Shown: one piece after another, positions 62,900 to 64,000 of the stretch
Position numbering within the stretch: position 1 is the first letter of the stretch
How the letters are laid out: the number at the start of each line of letters is the position of its first letter
DNA from: Mobula hypostoma
Lineage: Eukaryota
Direction of reading: 5' to 3'
Assembly: GCF_963921235.1 (NCBI RefSeq)
Contig: NC_086097.1
Coordinates: 22,818,001-22,882,000 of the forward strand
DNA length: 64,000 nt
Position numbers and translations under genes: made by a program
Notes under the pieces: generated by a model
Seen by the model: only the letters and a program-made list of their open reading frames with translations
The model's database searches: none
Told to the model about the DNA's origin: nothing

Positions 62900-63255
62900 A
62901 AATACCCTACCCACCTTGGACATTCAGTCTTCTCCCCTTTCCTATTGGGCAGAAGATACAAAATGCTGAAAGCATATACCATCAGGCTCAAGGACAGCTT
63001 CTACCTTGCTGTTATAAGACTATTAAATTGTTCACTAGTATGATAAGATGGACTCTTGACCCCACAATCTACCTTGTTATGATCTTGTACCTTACCTGCA
63101 CTGCACTTTCTCTGTGGCTGTTTGACTTTATTCCACATTTTTATTGTTTTACCTTGTTCTACCTCAATAATCTACTGTGTGAAAATGGTATTCAAGAAAA
63201 GCTTTTCACTGTATTTTAGTACGTGTGACAATAATAAACCAATTCCAATTCCGAT
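62900..63255 (+). mobile_element. Rex1/Babar-type LINE 3' end
   Basis: PTHLGHSVFSP..LGRRYK.LKAYTIRLKDSFY; tail aataaaccaattccaattcc. Confidence 0.85.
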
Positions 63256-63514
63256 GATTAGTTTAAAATCACCTTTGCTGAAACATAATGTTTAGAACGA
63301 TGGCTTCCGAAGTGGGTGATATCACACCACCGCCAGGGGGCAGTAAGAGTTTCTAAAGGTGTGATAAGAATAAAGGGGGTGGTGTGGGGGGTGGGAAACG
63401 CTTGGTAGGTAGCAAGAGGGGCAGCTGATGAATTACAGATTTAATTTAAAAAATGAATTACTTATTGTATTTGATCGTCAGTGCCTCATAATTGATGACA
63501 ATGATCACATAATT

Positions 63515-64000
63515 GTCTCACCTCTTGGTGATGCAGCTCTGTAAAACCCTGGTTAGACCATACTTGGAATATTGTGTTTAGTTCTGGTCACCTCATTATA
63601 GGACGGCCATGGAAGCTTTAGAGAGGGTGCAGAGATTTACCAGGATGCCACCTGGGTTGGAGAGCATGTCTTATGAGGACAGGTTGAGCGAATTAGAGTT
63701 TTTTCTCTTTAGAGTAAAGGAAGACAAGAGGTGACTTGAAAGAGATGTACAATATATTAAAAGGTATAGATCAAATGAACAGCCAATGACTTTTTCTCAG
63801 AGTGGAAATGGTTTGTATGAGGTGATTGGAGGAAGTTTTTTTTTGGGGGGGGGGAATGTCAGAGGTAAGTTCTTTACCCAGGGAGTGCTGGGTGCATGGA
63901 ACACCCTGCCGGGATTGGTGGTAGAGGCAGATACATTAGAAATATTTAAGAAACTCTTAGCTAGGCACATACAGTAGGTGATTGAAAAATGAAGGACTAT
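63515..64000 (+). mobile_element. CR1-type LINE 3' part, running off the window
   Basis: QLCKTLVRPYLEYCV..WSPHY, RGKFFTQGVLGAWNTLP. Confidence 0.9.

Noticed and set aside
1..64000. CRISPR array, operon or prokaryotic defence system
   Set aside because: No regularly spaced direct repeats or long gene-like ORFs; the sequence is vertebrate repeat-rich DNA

Overview
Eukaryotic, repeat-dense vertebrate DNA. The repeat complement (HER1/CR1-type LINEs, HE1-like V-SINEs, Rex1/Babar LINEs, Penelope-like elements, Tc1 and hAT relics) points to a cartilaginous fish, probably a ray; this is an inference. I recognise no host protein-coding exon: ORFs I can identify are retroelement or transposase fragments and the rest look spurious, so the window reads as intergenic or deep-intronic. 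Firm features: an internally deleted Gypsy provirus (1-2223), two solo LTRs with target-site duplications (TSDs), many CR1 and Rex1 fragments, three Penelope-like families, HERO- and Nimb-like LINE ends, and several SINE families. Most notable: (i) two back-to-back loop-less palindromes at 20475-20720 sharing a near-identical 26-bp centre; (ii) about a dozen decayed minimal hammerhead-ribozyme cassettes plus two other hammerhead families, one cassette inserted alone with a TSD; (iii) a composite element made of two inverted Tc1-type mini-MITEs bracketing a cargo, inserted twice as a unit at TA; (iv) several repeat-free, homeodomain-motif-rich islands that may be conserved enhancers. Family names come from motif recognition, not database searches, and coordinates of decayed repeats are approximate.
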